The notes beneath the pieces were generated by a model. That model did no database searches and was not told where the DNA came from. It was given only the letters and a program-made list of their open reading frames with translations. A program made the position numbers and the translations under genes. Below are positions 1 to 13,800 of a stretch of DNA of 64,000 nt, in pieces (position 1 is the stretch's first letter; each line of letters starts with the position of its first letter). This DNA comes from Ostrea edulis (lineage: Eukaryota). The stretch is taken from NCBI RefSeq assembly GCF_947568905.1, contig NC_079168.1:24242001-24306000 (forward strand). Reading direction: 5' to 3'.

Positions 1-252
1 TCGTTATAAAGATCTAGTTTACCCATACAACCTGTCGTTGGGTCAGATGTCTGACGTGTTTCATACCGATTGTTACACCGTTCTTGGCACACTGATTTTG
101 ACTACGGATAACTCCGTTTACTGATCAAGATATAAGGCTCACGGCGGGTGTGACCGGTCGACAGGGGATGCTTACTCCTCCTAGGAACCTGATCCCACCT
201 CTGGTGTGTCGAGGGGTCCGTGTTTGCCCAACTCTCTGTTTTGTACTCCTTT
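1..252 (+). mobile_element. 3' end of a Naiad-type Penelope-like retroelement (RT C-terminus plus 3' UTR), cut by the window edge
   Basis: Decayed RYxDLV..YN.SLGQM.SDVFHTDC end followed by the CACACTGATTTTGACTACGGATAACTCCG...CACCTGATCCCACCTCTGGT tail also found after the RT at 8040-8330 (+) and 21350-21570 (-). Confidence 0.8.
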
Positions 253-1189
253 TTTTATGAAAAGGTAGTTAAAACGGCTATTGAGGGAAAATGTCGAGAC
301 CGGGACCGGCTTTTAGCATTGTTTTTATTTCTCGGTCCCAGCGGTGCCGGAGTTTTCACATATTATTTTACGAAAGAAGAAAATAACATGATCAATCAAC
401 TATCAGAATGCAGGCATGAGATGTCATACCTAAGTTAACGAGAAATGGGGCTCCAATATCCTGATGTATTCTGTTTTTATCGAATAAAAAAATCTGGGAC
501 CTGGACCGAAGACCGGGTTTTAGTCACGGGACCGAGACCGAAGACCGGGACCGAGACCGGGTTTTAGTCATTACCCGATTTGATGCCGAATATTGGATTA
601 AAAATATCCGTGAAACCTTTCAACTATTGTGAGGTAGTGGTTCATATTTTCAAGCACTATAAAGCATATAGATTCTTGGTCAAATATTCTTTACCACATA
701 TCTATAGATGTTTGTCGTAAAACATTTCAACATAATCAACGGGGCGAACTGCAACAGACTTTATGTTGATATAGTGAAGATAACGAACAGTTATCAATAT
801 TATGACATTGGTCACTGTTCGTTGTCTTCACAGCTTTTGTTTTTAATTTCACAAATGTAAATAAGTTTATCATTTGAATATTTCTCAAATTAATGGTAAA
901 AACTGTTAAAAATTCTTTCAGAATTTAACACTTCTTCGTTCTTAAAGAATCCATCATCAATGAGCTATTTATTCGTAAACTAAAATCGAGCGAATCACTG
1001 GGAACCAGACAAGTTCAATTTCCTAAATTCAGTTTACAGTATAGCTGTAGCTCATTACACTAACATTTTATTCAATGGCTCGTTAAAACACCTCTTATGA
1101 AGTATGATTTTTACCATCGAAAGAGTGATACAAGCTCTCAATTATTTTATATAATTTTTATGTGATTAATCCTGGAATGATAAAGTAAT

Positions 1190-1745
1190 AAGAAGTCACT
1201 CCTAAATAATTAAAACTATTGGCAATTTCAATTGTTTCCATATCATAAAACCAGTTATCACGACGAGGTAGGTTTATACCTTTTCTAAATACAACAATTT
1301 TCGCAACATTGACCTCAATATTATATCTGTTACAATAAGCATGTAATTTATCTAATATACTTTGAAGACCTTTCTTTGACTCTTCCATTAAAAACGTGTC
1401 GTCAGCATACATCAGAAGAAACAATGCTAGATCTTTTAGTCGGGTTGGTTCACATATACTTGAAATAAGCTCACCTTAAAAATCATGGATGTAGAGAGAA
1501 AATAGGAAAGCAGACAATGCTTTCCCTTGCATTACATCATTTGTAGAGAAGAAGAAATCGGAAAAATCGGACTTAAACCTAACACGTGACTTGACGTCAC
1601 AGTAAAGTTGTCGAATAACATTCACAAGTTTTCCTGTGACACACTAATTTGTAGAACAACTTGTTCTTATTAATTGTACCAAACCCTGGTTTAAAACCAA
1701 ATTGTGTGTCAGACAAAATATCATTTCCTGAAGACCATTCCATCA
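1190..1745 (-). mobile_element. CR1/L2-like non-LTR retrotransposon RT fragment
   Basis: ORF 1158-1424 reads FLLMYADDTFL..ES..GLQ..LD.L..YC..Y.IEVN..K..VF and FNYLG; upstream decayed GV.QG..LS..LF motif; frameshifted and truncated. Confidence 0.8.
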
Positions 1746-3777
1746 ATCTATTATTTAAACTAAAGAATGTGTTCTTTCTGGTGAATCACTGGGAACCAGC
1801 CAAGCTCACTTAAGAGAGTGTGTTCTTTCTAGTGAATCACTAGGTTGATCAGCTAAACGGAGTAATCGGTAGTCAAAAGAGCAAAGAAGTCTAAGAATTG
1901 GTGTGAAACTCATCATATAGCGTGTATTTGCAAATTAGATCATTATAATGACCATATAATTTGCGAAATCCTGACTTAAACGAGACTAGATCAACTTATT
2001 TGTCAGTAGCCTGCCACGATGTAGATTATGATGAATAAAATCTATACTATTTCCGGAAATCTAGAAAAAGAAAACGCACCGCTAATGCTTTTCGCTTGAA
2101 AAAAGCCATGGAGTTTCTCAGATTTTCCCCACCTGCATATGATCTTTTTCCAGGGTAAAATTAGATGCAGTGGGAACGACTTCCGACCTTGAATGAACTG
2201 AGAGTGGCTGAGGGTTGGGTCGCGGTTGGGCGGACTTCCGAGTGCTTTTGTCCATCGGCTGTGTTTTTTGTGTCTATGAAGTTGCTTACTTTCTAAAAGA
2301 ACTAATTGGTGTACTCTTTTAATGTATACTTGAGTTTATCCAGAAGTGGGAACCACTTGACTACCAGGTGTGACTGCATACCATGATGTTTGACCTTGTA
2401 TCATGGTGAAGCTTTCTTGTTTCTATACTGTTTACTGGCACACAGTGATTCATCTGTATGAATTGATTATTGGTGAAACGGTTTGAACACAACACTGATA
2501 TTTCTTTTTCTAACATTGAAACCATCTTTCCGAAAACTTTGTACCAATATTGTCGTAATTTCCGATCCCTTTGGTACATATTAATTCTGTGTCCCTATAC
2601 ATGTATCTGAATACGGCACACTGAGGCAGTTCATACGATTACTGTGACAGAAGTTGTGTAAGTCGAGTGTAATTAGAGCCATGTTGAAGATAAGCCGACA
2701 AAACTCTAATTTTAAGAGCGAGCAGTTTTAATCGGCTGTGCACTTGTTCTCTGCACATAAAAATTGTATTTGTTTATCTAATGTTTGTTTTACGTTCCGT
2801 CTAGAATATTTCACTCACGTTTAGCCGTCAGCAACTGTAGATTAAAACTTATGCAACCGGTATGACGTTTTTAAAAGTAGGCTTATGCCTTACATAATAA
2901 CCGTGTTTGTAAAAATATGGCGCCTATATCAATACATATATAGCATCTATTTAATATCATCATAAAATTTACAATGTTTATTTTCAAGACAATGAATATT
3001 GTAGTATGAACACAACACTTGATTCATATTAATTTTTTATACATATACATGTATATGTACAATGTTCTTGTTTCGTTTCAAGATGTGCATTAGTTTCCAT
3101 GAATTTATAACTTGCTATGGTAATAAATTTACCGATAACAGACGAACATATTTGTGTTTTATTTACCACAGATTAAGATAGGGGTCATATCACGGTCACG
3201 TGTATAAGTATTTTATTTAGAGCGCCGGGCGGGCTTGCACGTTCAATTCTTATCTATGAATGAAAAGTACGATACAACATTACTGTTTTCAATCAATTTC
3301 ATATGTTGCTCAACGTCTATCCTAAGTTAAGGTTTTTTTCTTAAAAGTTATTGTCTGTCAACTAAATAAAAATGGCTGACTTCATGCTGTTCGATTTTCG
3401 TCTTCCTTTAAAGTGCAGGGCCTTAATTGTGGGCATCATCGTCTTCGTCGAATATGTAAAGACAAAAGTAAAGTTCTCAAACTGTGACAGATGTAGATCT
3501 CACTTAACGCATTGCGTTTCCAGAAACACGTAATCTTCTGTTGACAAACAAAATAAAGAAAGGAACAAGTCCTATAAATGTGCAACAAAAGATGAAATAT
3601 ATGACGTCATGCTCTAAAATGCAAATGATGAAGTGGCAGATCTAATATTGAAGAAACTGTTCTGTACAATGTCCAGAATTAGAATTCATCAAATAAATAG
3701 AAGTATGACATAATTGTTTAAGAGTGTACAATATCTTTTTGCGTACCGTCAACATATTGAATTGATTGAACGTTGGA

Positions 3778-4098
3778 CAGGGCCGTAAATTAACCTTCAA
3801 TTTGGAGGAGGCAGGAAATTAGGCGGGGGTCTGGGGGCCGCCCAGGCCCCAGACGCTGAGCACATTTTGTGCACACTGAACACGTTTCGTGCAAAATCCT
3901 TGATTCTAGGGCCTTCTAAGATGTTACTTGACTAACTCATTCTAAAAGAAAGATTTGGAATGCTTTTTAAGGGAGGTATCATGTTCTTAGTTATTGGAAA
4001 CAACATAAATTCTAATGAACTTTAAATTTTAATTTTTTTTGGCTCAAAAGTTGGAGGAGGCAGCTGCCTCCTCCGCCTCCATGTAATTTACGGCCCTG
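3778..4098. mobile_element. MITE with 15-bp terminal inverted repeats
   Basis: CAGGGCCGTAAATTA ... TAATTTACGGCCCTG, inner inverted GGAGGAGGCAG/CTGCCTCCTCC; TTGGA on both flanks (possible 5-bp TSD). Confidence 0.75.
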
Positions 4099-4302
4099 TT
4101 GGAGCAACTGAAGCTTCCAGGCCATCTTTTGATGGAATGAAATCTTGCAAAAAATTAGAAAAGGCCATCTTTTGATGGAATGAAATCTTGCAAATAATTA
4201 GAAGGAGTGGCTACAAGACTTTGAACTCTATCTTACGACCATAAGAATTGGACGAAAAAGCCGAGAAGGTGCAGATAGTTACTCTTTTGCACATGACCGG
4301 CA

Positions 4303-4572
4303 TTGATTGATTGTACATGTATATTGTTTAACGTCCCTCTCACGAATTGTTCACTCATATGGAGAAATCACCACTGCCGATGAAGGGCTGCGAAATTTAG
4401 GCCTATGCTCGGCGCTTACAGCCTTTGAGCAGGGAATGATCTTTATCGTGCTACACCTGCTGTGACACGGGGCCTCGGTTTTTTGCGGTCTCATCCGAAG
4501 GACCGCCCCATTTAGTCGCCTCTTACGACAAACAAGGGGTACTGAGGACCTATTCTAACCCGAATCCTCACG
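4303..4572 (-). mobile_element. SINE-like non-autonomous retroelement (family A, ~260 bp, ATCA-repeat tail)
   Basis: Near-identical to copies at 14606-14860 (+), 35405-35677 (-), 38010-38275 (-); tail (ATCA)n. Confidence 0.85.
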
Positions 4573-4870
4573 ATGCTGGCCGGCATTGAAGCACACCGTG
4601 TTTATAACAAGACAGATGTGTTAAAAACTAGGTTTAAAGAGTACCGTGAATGTCGTTAGAACTTTATATACATTAGACATGTATTTTCACACGTCATCAG
4701 GGACAGGATGAGACCACAGACAATTTCGTGACAGATTTGAGAAATAAAGCACAGCCTTGTGAATTCAAACAATTAGCTGGCGAATTAATCAGAGATTCAC
4801 GTTTACTCAGAAAATCAAGATTTGAAATTGAAAAAAGCAATTGATGTGTGCAGGGCCGCGTTCAAGATTA

Positions 4871-5083
4871 GGGGCTAGGTATGGTGGCTGGTTTGTGCCA
4901 TTTTGCAATGTGTTGTTTTTTCGTTATTTTGAGGCGAAAAGTACCTAATATTATAATTTTGTCGACTTTTCGTTATTTCGGGACGAAAAGTAGCTAAATA
5001 TCGTTTTGTTGTTTTTTCGCCTCAAAATAACAAAAAGACGATAAAGTGTAAAATGGCACAAATCAGCCACCATACCTAGCCAC
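4871..5083. mobile_element. MITE with ~33-bp TIRs and TA target duplication, inserted in Gypsy gag
   Basis: GGCTAGGTATGGTGGCTGGTTTGTGCCATTTT ... AAAATGGCACAAATCAGCCACCATACCTAGCC; TA at 4869-70 and 5084-85. Confidence 0.8.
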
Positions 5084-6771
5084 TAGGCTAGCCGCTACGA
5101 TCTTGAACGCAGACCAGGGCTCAAGCAATGACGTAAGTCGAATTGTGTTAGAAAATTCAACTCACAGAAGAACATAAAACATAAAAAACGAGGAGGGTTG
5201 TCGTAATTATGGAAGAAAACAAATAAAAAATAATAGGTGACTATCCCGCTTATGGCAAAATTTGTAATGGTTGCCAAAAGAAGAATCATTTTGCTAAATG
5301 TCGTTTGTCAAACAATTTAGCTCTGCAAAGAAGATTAACCGGATAGGAGTGTGGCTCGATGCAGATTCTGATCTATACTGAACTTTTCATTGGAACCGTA
5401 CATTTTAACACGGTGGATCAAGATAAAAATGATTGGATTGAAACTTTGACAAATAATGACCATAATGTAGAATTTAAGCTGGATACAGGTTCCCATGCGA
5501 ACATTATTCCAAAACACGTTTTCGATAAAGTTGGAATTAAATTATCAACAGCTCACAAACACAAAGGGAAGATTAGTCATGTATGGTGGAAACAAAATCT
5601 CACAGAATTGCACAATTCTAGAATGTCATGTGTGTGGCCGAAAATATGAGTTGCCATTTTTCATTGTCGATACAAATGCGCAGGCTATAATGGGCAAGAA
5701 TGCGTGTACAGAAATTGAATCAATTGTACGTGTACACTCTGTGGAAAACGACAAAGGAGAATGTACTGAAAACGTATGAGGATGTTTTCAAAGGACTACG
5801 CGAACTTTCCGGGAAACACCACATCAACTTCGATGAAACTGTAACTTCAGGTCACACACCCACCGCGTAAAGTCCCTGCAGTGCTCCGTGACAAAGTAAA
5901 AAGTGAACTTGAGCAAATGGAAACGTTCGGAATTATCGCGAAACAAGATGACCCAACGGATGGGTGTGGTGATAGTGCGTAAACCGAACAAGATAGGACT
6001 TTGCATTGATCCAAAGGATCTGAATCGTGCAATTAAGATAGAACATAGTAAACGAAGTGATTGAAAAGCTTTTGTAAGCTATTTAAGTGTTTTTCAAGTT
6101 TGACGCGACTCACGGATTCTGGCATATCAAACTTTATGAACCCAGTTCGAAGTTGCTGACATTCAATATCCCATTTGCTCGGTATAGGTACTTGCGTTTG
6201 CCTTTGGGAAAAACTCTGCGCAGGAAGTGTTTTCTAAACGGGTTCAGGAGATGATTTCTGATTTGACGGGTGTAGAATGCATTGGTGATGACGTCCTAGT
6301 ATGGGGAGAGACCACAGCGGAACATGATTTCCGTTTACAACAGATGTCACTACAACGTCGCGAAATTAACTTTAAGGTAAATAAAAGTAAAGTGGAGTTT
6401 CGTGTACCGGAAGTGAGGCATGTAGGACATTTTATTACGAACAATGGCATTAAAATATACTCCGAGAAAGTTCGTGCGACAGTAGATATGCAGCTGCCAA
6501 ATGACGTATCAAGAGTTAAATGCAAGTTAGGTGTTGTTCCGAAATTCTTAAACTGTCTGACGTGACCGTTCCACTTCATAGAATTCTACAACAACACATC
6601 TGACGTAGAATGACTCTGGGATGCCCCTCAGCAGGAAAGTTAGTACATGTAAAGTTTCCAATACACTGGTATTTATAATTACCATGTACGCAATCCAGTA
6701 ACGATTTCGGGAGACGCAAGCTCAATGGGACGTAGTACTTCTCCAAGATAGACATCCTGTAGCACAGTTCA

Positions 6772-6880
6772 CGGGCCTTAACGGAGACACAGAAGCGGTA
6801 TGCTCATTGCGGGCCTTAACGGAGACACAGAAGCGGTATGCTCATTGCGGGCCTTAACGGAGACACAGAAGCGGTATACT
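6772..6880 (+). repeat. 38-bp tandem repeat x3 inside the Gypsy RNase H region
   Basis: Unit CGGGCCTTAACGGAGACACAGAAGCGGTATGCTCATTG starts at 6772, 6810, 6848. Confidence 0.95.
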
Positions 6881-7260
6881 CAGATCGAGATACTAGATAT
6901 TGTATACGGATGAGAGAAGCTTCATCACTACATTTACGGGCTAAGAGTGACCGTGGAAGCAGACCATAAACCCATTGTCTCGATCTACAAGAAACCACTG
7001 TAACATTCGACTCCTAAACTTTAACGAATGCTTATGAGGTTAAAAGGTTACAGAGCTACGATTAAGCTAGTGTACGTACCAGGTAAAGAGATGCATATCT
7101 CAGATGAGTTGGTCTTATTCGAAAACGACACCCGAGATGACGAGATAGACGTTGATTCGATTGAGGCTGATGAGACATTACAAACGCTGAAATATACCGT
7201 ATTGGTTGGTTGGTCAGTTGAACGATCGAGTGTTCCGTTGATTGCACTATCTACCCTTCT

Positions 7261-8337
7261 GTGTTTAGTAAACCAAAAGTGATAAAAGAATTAAAAAGGT
7301 TACATGATGAATATATTTTGGTTCCAGCTAACAAAGCTTGTAACAACATTGTCTTTGTTTGTAAGGCTCATTATCACAACTGTATTTTAAACGAACTTGG
7401 CATTAACTCCACTTTTGGTAATCGTACTTATACTTCAACTGCCCTTTAAAAAAATTCTTCAAACCCATGCTTCAGTTTTAGGTACATTTGGTATCCCAGT
7501 CGGTGAGTTGAATGAATATGAGTTACCGTACCTATACTGGATTCCTAAACTACATAAAAACCCTTACAAAGATATATCGCTGGATCCAGTAAGTGCTCTA
7601 CCTAGCCCCTATCTTTGCTCCTTACAAAATCATTAACAGCTGTGAAGGAGAAAATTCAAACTTAGGGTATGACTACATTTGCCAGAAGTGGTGTAAATCA
7701 AATGTGGATTCTTAAAAAACTCGAAATAAAAGACACCACAGAGTCGTCCACTTCTGCTTCGTACTTGGATATTTTATTGAATGTAGATATTAACGGCAAA
7801 CTAACAACTCAACGTTATGACAAACGCGATGATGATTACTTCTACACATTTATGTAGCAATATTCCATTATCACCTGCATCTGGTGTTCATATCTCTCAA
7901 CTGATTCGATACGCAAAAGTTTGTTCTGCCTATGGTCAGTTTTTAAATAGAGACAAGCTACTGACAAACAAGTTGATGGTACAGGTATTTCAACAGTCTT
8001 GTTTAATGTCAGCAATTCGCTAATTCTATGGTCGTTATAACGATCTAGTTTGCCAATACAACCAATCATTGGGTCAAATGCTGCCTGACGTGTTTCATAT
8101 CGATTGTTAGACCGTTGGTGGCACACTGATTTTGACTACGAATAACTCCGTTTACCAGATCAAGATATAAGGCTCATGGCGGATGTGACCGGTCGACAGG
8201 GGATTCTTACTTTTCCTAGACACCTGATCCCACCTCTGGTGTGTCGAGTGGTCCGTGTTTGACCAACTATCTATTTTGTATTGCTTATGGGATTTATGAG
8301 ATTGATTACTGTTCGTTATTTTCACCTTTCATTCAGT
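7261..8337 (+). mobile_element. 5'-truncated, internally deleted Naiad-type Penelope-like element nested in Gypsy pol
   Basis: VPANKACNNIVFVCKAHY, YWIPKLHKNPYK, LEIKDTTESSTSASYLDILL, SNIPLSPA.GV.ISQLIRYA, then the full 3' tail; removing it rejoins Gypsy ...CCC TTC T/GG AAT TAC CGT (PFWNYR). Confidence 0.85.
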
Positions 8338-10897
8338 GGAATTACCGTTATGAAATAACGGTCATAGATGGACTGTTATACAAAGGTCAACGACTTATGG
8401 TACCGATCAGCTAACAAACAGAGATGCTGAATAAGCTACATGAAGCCCAAATGGGGATAGTGAAAACACAAACACGAGCACTAGAAATGCTAGTTTGGGT
8501 CAAAATAAATCAGGATATGAAAAACTTTATCGGACAATTCTCATTGTGCAACACGTATCGGGATTCTATCGGTAAGGAGACATTGACACAGCAAGAGATA
8601 CATGTACCTTCGCGTGGTTCGGAATACCTTTTGTGTGTTTATTGCTATAATTCCAAATATCCGGAAATAGTCCGTGTGCCTACAACAACCAGCTAAGAAA
8701 CAATCACTGCTTATAAATCTGTGTTTGGTCGTCATGGCATCCCGACAGAACTATTTACCGACAATGGACGACAGTTCTCAAGTTATGCATTCAAAAAGTT
8801 TGCGACCGATTGGTATTTTATTCACATCATCTCAAGTTTCAGATATCCGCAATCAAATGGACAGGCGGAGAGGTGTGTTCAGACGGTTAAGAACTTGCTC
8901 CGAAAAGATGATGAATCTGGAGGTGACATCTACACAAGTCTTATGAATTATCTCGCATCACCGATTGATGGAGTAGGACTTTCGCCATTTCAACCACTCA
9001 TGAAGAGATAGTTGCGTACAAAGTTACCATTTACATTCGACATGTTAAATTCGAGAGTTGTAGAATCCTGTAATCCACAATTTGTCGCAAGCCAAGGCAA
9101 ACAGAAACACTATTATGATCAACAATCTGCAACCTTGCACAACATTAACCGAGGTGTAATAATTCGTGTACAGAAAGATTCAAAACACTGGGAACCAGCC
9201 GTCATTGAGCAAACACTCTCTGACCGATATTATATTGTGCGCACGAGTGATAACAAACTGTATCGCAGAAACCGCAGACAACTACATGTACTTAAGATTG
9301 GTGAAACTACCGTCTGCTGATGCTGAAACAATGTTTGATATTCCACCGCAACTACCTTCCGACGAAAGCGACGTGCCGACCACTACACTGAAGACGCCTA
9401 CACCAGATGAAATTTTGACCACTCTGTGTCAAGAACCTAGACCACTGCAAACAGTGAGACGACCGAAATATCTTGAGGGCTTAATTTGTGAATAAACTGT
9501 TAATTGGTTTATTCATGTTTCTCGTGAATAGACTTTAATACATGTTGAAGTTTTAGTCATCTTTTCAAGAATGGGAAAAGACTGTTAAAGGGGAGATGCA
9601 ATGTTATCACATTTTAGTTTAGAATTATTGTAAATGATATAAGCAACGAGAAGTTTTGTATGTGTTGTAAGCGGCCTGTTTTATATTAGAAAAAATAACT
9701 GTAAAGTAAACTGTAAATTATTACGTGATAAAATCGACTTATTTTCTTCATAAACCAAAAATGAAAAAAAAAATTAATTAGTTATAAAATTAAACAGTTC
9801 ATCCTTATCTGTGCCTTACATATTTCGCAGATAAGTTTTTCTTAAGTGCGTTAAATTTTTCCCGCTGTTATAGTTTTGTAGACTTTCATGGGTCTCCATA
9901 CAGATAAGAACATGAGGTGAACTCTGATAAATATATAGGTACATTGTGTACATAGACACCTAGCTATTTCGGGTCACTCCATTTTGAGGTCAAGATAATC
10001 ACTATCAGAAATCCCCGGATGACTACGTTGATTCTGTTCTGCGTGCACACACTTAATTAATTCGTGTAACGAGGTTTTAGCTCTGACAGGTGAGTCAATG
10101 TATGACACGTTCTGTAAATGTTTATAACATTCTGGTTTGTTTGAAACAGAAATGATTAGATCAATCGCAACTCTCATGAAATAGTGCAATGGTAGGAAAA
10201 CATAGGGAGAATGGTGTTTTGACTGTAATTTTATAAACTCTTGTAAAAGGTCAAATTTAGGAGTTTGTACAGCTTTATTGCAGTAAGATGCATTTGTCAA
10301 TGGTCTAAAATAGTTCATAGAATAAAGCAAAACACTGCTAGATTGTTTTAGAAAAAATGTCATGAGAAGATCTCGATTGATTGATTATACTCGTATATTG
10401 TTTGACGTCCCTCTCGAGGAGGATCTCGAATGCTATGTGACAGGCACGTATTTTCATCGAAAATCCAGGGTTATCAACGAAACTAAAAGAGCAATTGATT
10501 GATCTTGGACGAACTCCTTTATTTTGCAGATAAATTTCAAATTAGAAGTACTCATTTCCACGTTCTAAACCTAAATTACCATTGACATACATTTTTGTAG
10601 CTACTCCCCTAACACCGGATGTTGAGGGCGTGCTTATTGATGCGTTCCTGAGCATCACGATATATTTTTGTCAGTAATTACACTGATTCTAAAAATCTTA
10701 CATTCAGATATAGTGATTTTTAAAATATATTTCTTATATTGACCCAATGAAATTAAGGACCGTACAACGTATTGTCCACCATCTGTATTCAAGGGGAAAT
10801 AACTAGCGTTACATTGTGAAAATGTATTCAATTTAAAAATTCTATATTTCTTGCATACTTTTTTTTTTTTTTAGATGGAATAGCTAAGATAAGTATT

Positions 10898-13800
10898 ATG
10901 GATCTGTGGACTGTGTTTCTCGCCTTCGTGGTAATTCTGTTGTATGTATGGTGGAAGAAAACTTCCCGGGACTCTGCCTTGCCCCCCGGACCACCCACTG
11001 TGCCTTTTCTGGGAAATCTACTTTCCATGGCTCCAGACTCGATGTTGGAGAATTTCCAGACTTACAGGAAAAAGTATGGAGATGTTTTCAGTCTGATTAC
11101 TGGCACTAAAACAATGGTAATTGTGAATGGACTGGACACAATAAGAGATGTTTTTATCAAACATGCAGATATTGTTTCCGAAAGACCGGATTCTTATACA
11201 ACCAAAGAGATATTCAAGTATAAAGGTACCATGACTGATTAGATTATCTTTTGATGGTTTTAGCAAGGCATATTTTCACAGGCACCGTTACTTAGAAAAT
11301 ATATCTCATTGCATTTAAGTTGAAACACTATTATCATCAATCGTATGCTATGTAATATGAGGCGATCTGCCTGAGAAACAATATCGAGAGTCGTGACAAA
11401 CCAACCATTCGATCATTTACATGTTTATCTGTTTTACTCCACTTCAAATATTATTTCATGCATATCGTAGTGACAACTACGACTTGACTTACTTTGCCTT
11501 ATTTCCTTCTCTCCCTGTGGAGAGTAGGGTCGTGAACAACTCCATTCTGTCCTTCGCTTTGCTATCCTGCTTGCCTCTGTCCAGGTCTTGAATCCAATTT
11601 CATTTATTTCTCTCTCTACTGCTCTTCTCCGTGTTTCTGTAGGTCTGCCTCTCTTGCGCTTTCCTTCAGGAGTCCATGTGAATGTTAATCTAGCGTGTTT
11701 GATCTTGTCCATTCTTAAAACGTGCCTACAACACTAATAACGGGCTCCATTCCTGCTCTTATCTTTAATGTCTCGTTTCGTACCTTTTGGGGCCAGTATA
11801 TCCACAGGATCCTCCTTGGGATCTTGTGTAGGAAGGTATCCAGGACTTGCTCGTCACCCTTTGTCATTTTCCATGTTTCGCAGCTGTAGAATAGAATTAA
11901 GACCACATTGGAATTGAAATAATCCGAAAATATATATCTACCTGGTTCCATGAATAGTGAAAATATTATCATGATTACAACGCTATAAACTTTCAATCGT
12001 CTACCTAAAACAAATACTGTCGTAGCAATAGACGAACACCATTTGAAACTAAATGACTACTTACTAATATCGCATTCAAATTTCAGGAATCACCTTTACT
12101 TCAGGGGAATTTTGGAGAGAACACAGAACATTTTCTCTTCATGCACTCAGAGAGTTTGGATTTGGAAAACGAAGTTTGGAATCTAAGATAATGGAAGAAG
12201 TGGGTGTTCTTGTTCAGGAACTCCAGTCCCAGAATGGACGGCCGCTAAGTATTCGAACGTTGATGACTGTCTGTGTCTCAAATATAATGTGTTCTATCAA
12301 CTTTGGTCAGAGATTTGAACATGACGACAAAAAATTCGTTTCGTTAATTCAATTGATGAATGAAAATGTCAGCAATGGAAGCGTAATGTTTTTAGCGAAT
12401 ATTTTTCCATTCTTGAGGCATGTGCCCGGAGATCCTTTAAAAATCAGCAAAGTGTTGCGCAATGCTGCTATAATCGAAGAATATATGAATGAAATTGTCA
12501 AAGACCACGAAGAAAGCTTTGATGAGAACAATATGAGGGATTTCATCGATGTTTATTTGAAGAAAATAAAATCTGAGGAAAGCAACCCCCACACAACTTT
12601 CAATAGTGAGTTTCAATCAGACGTTTGATTGTCCTTAAAGAAACAATGTAATGTTTGGAATTCGATATATATGCTATATTAATGTTATAAGATACAACTT
12701 GTCATTGGTTAAAATGCTGTCTGATTTGTTTCATACCAACTATTACACCGTTCATTACACACTGATTTTGACTACGAATTACTCCGTTTACCTGATCAAA
12801 GGCGTGACCGGTCGATAGGGTATGCTTACTCCTCCTGGACACTGATCCCTACATGGATATCCAGGAGTCCGTGTTTGTCCTACTCGTAATTTTGTATTTT
12901 TATAGGAGTTATGAGATTGATCATTATTCGTTATCTTCACCCTTTCTTTATGTACTTCTAATTCTAATATGTTTTACATGTACTGAAGTGTCCTTTTAAG
13001 ACCATGCGTTTATCGTAGATAGAAAAGTTTAAATAGCATTATACAATGTGTGTCAAATAGATAAACAGTTGTTATATTCCAGCGAAACAACTGCTGTTGA
13101 TTGTGGTTGATCTCTTCGTCGCTGGAACAGAGACTACATCAACAGCACTACGATGGTTTGCTGTGTTCATGATCAGAAATCCGGAAGTTCAGGAGAAGAT
13201 GCGCAAAGAAATCAATGACGTCATAGGCGATTCTAGGTATCCTAGTATGAACGATAAAATTAATCTACCATATACGGAGGCAGTTCTTCATGAAGTTCTC
13301 CGAATGGGGTGTATTGTGCCATTAGCTCTACCCCATGGATTGAACACCGACTTGAAATACAGGGATTTCATTATTCCGAAAGACGTGTTCTTAATTCCAA
13401 ATTTACATTCAGTCCTCTTAGACTCAGATGTTTTTGTGGATCCAAAAGTCTTTCGACCTGAGAGATTTCTTGACGCTGATGGGAAGCTTGTAAATACTGA
13501 ACGAGTTTTGACATTTTCCCTCGGTAAGAATCGATTTATTTCCGATTTGTTAGTCTGATAATTCACAAGAAGTTCGAGTATGATATTTTTAACTACCAAA
13601 CTGTAACATATCTATACATTCATCCTTATTCGACAGAAACTTTCCCACCGTGTCGTATACTTTTAGTATTCTGTGAATCGACACAAAATATGATAAAAAC
13701 AAATAAACAATTAAACAAAAGTATAATCTAAATAATAGTAAATTCTGTTGTTTAGGTTTTATGGTATAATGTATCTTTACATATAACTGTAATAATTGAA

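Larger units (their letters stand above)
4600..9730 (+). mobile_element. Decayed Ty3/Gypsy LTR retrotransposon (gag-PR-RT-RH-IN), interrupted by a MITE and a Penelope-like element
   Basis: Zinc knuckle PAYGKICNGCQKKNHFAKC (~5245-5302); protease FKLDTGS (~5475); RT GDDVLVWG (~6285); RNase H RALTETQKRY.QIE and VEADHKP; integrase DNGRQFSS, YPQSNGQAERCVQTVK (8721-9011); polypurine tract AAAGGGGAGA 9587-9596 then TG (3' LTR start). Many stops and frameshifts; no 5' LTR identified. Confidence 0.9.

Noticed and set aside
7136-7170. CTGATGA...GAAA hammerhead-like spacing
   Set aside because: Stem II cannot pair (GAC/GCT) and the sequence is Gypsy pol coding (ADETLQTLK).
10248-10253. Isolated AGGTCA/TGACCT half-sites near CYP starts (also 44201, 44427)
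   Set aside because: Single hexamers are expected by chance at this frequency.
9974-10363. 129-aa minus-strand ORF upstream of CYP copy 1
   Set aside because: No recognisable motif or partner exons; the length is compatible with chance.
10828-11266. Antisense and alternative-frame ORFs over CYP exons (also 23556-24029, 44572-44946, 46545-46808)
   Set aside because: Shadow ORFs of GC-richer coding exons.
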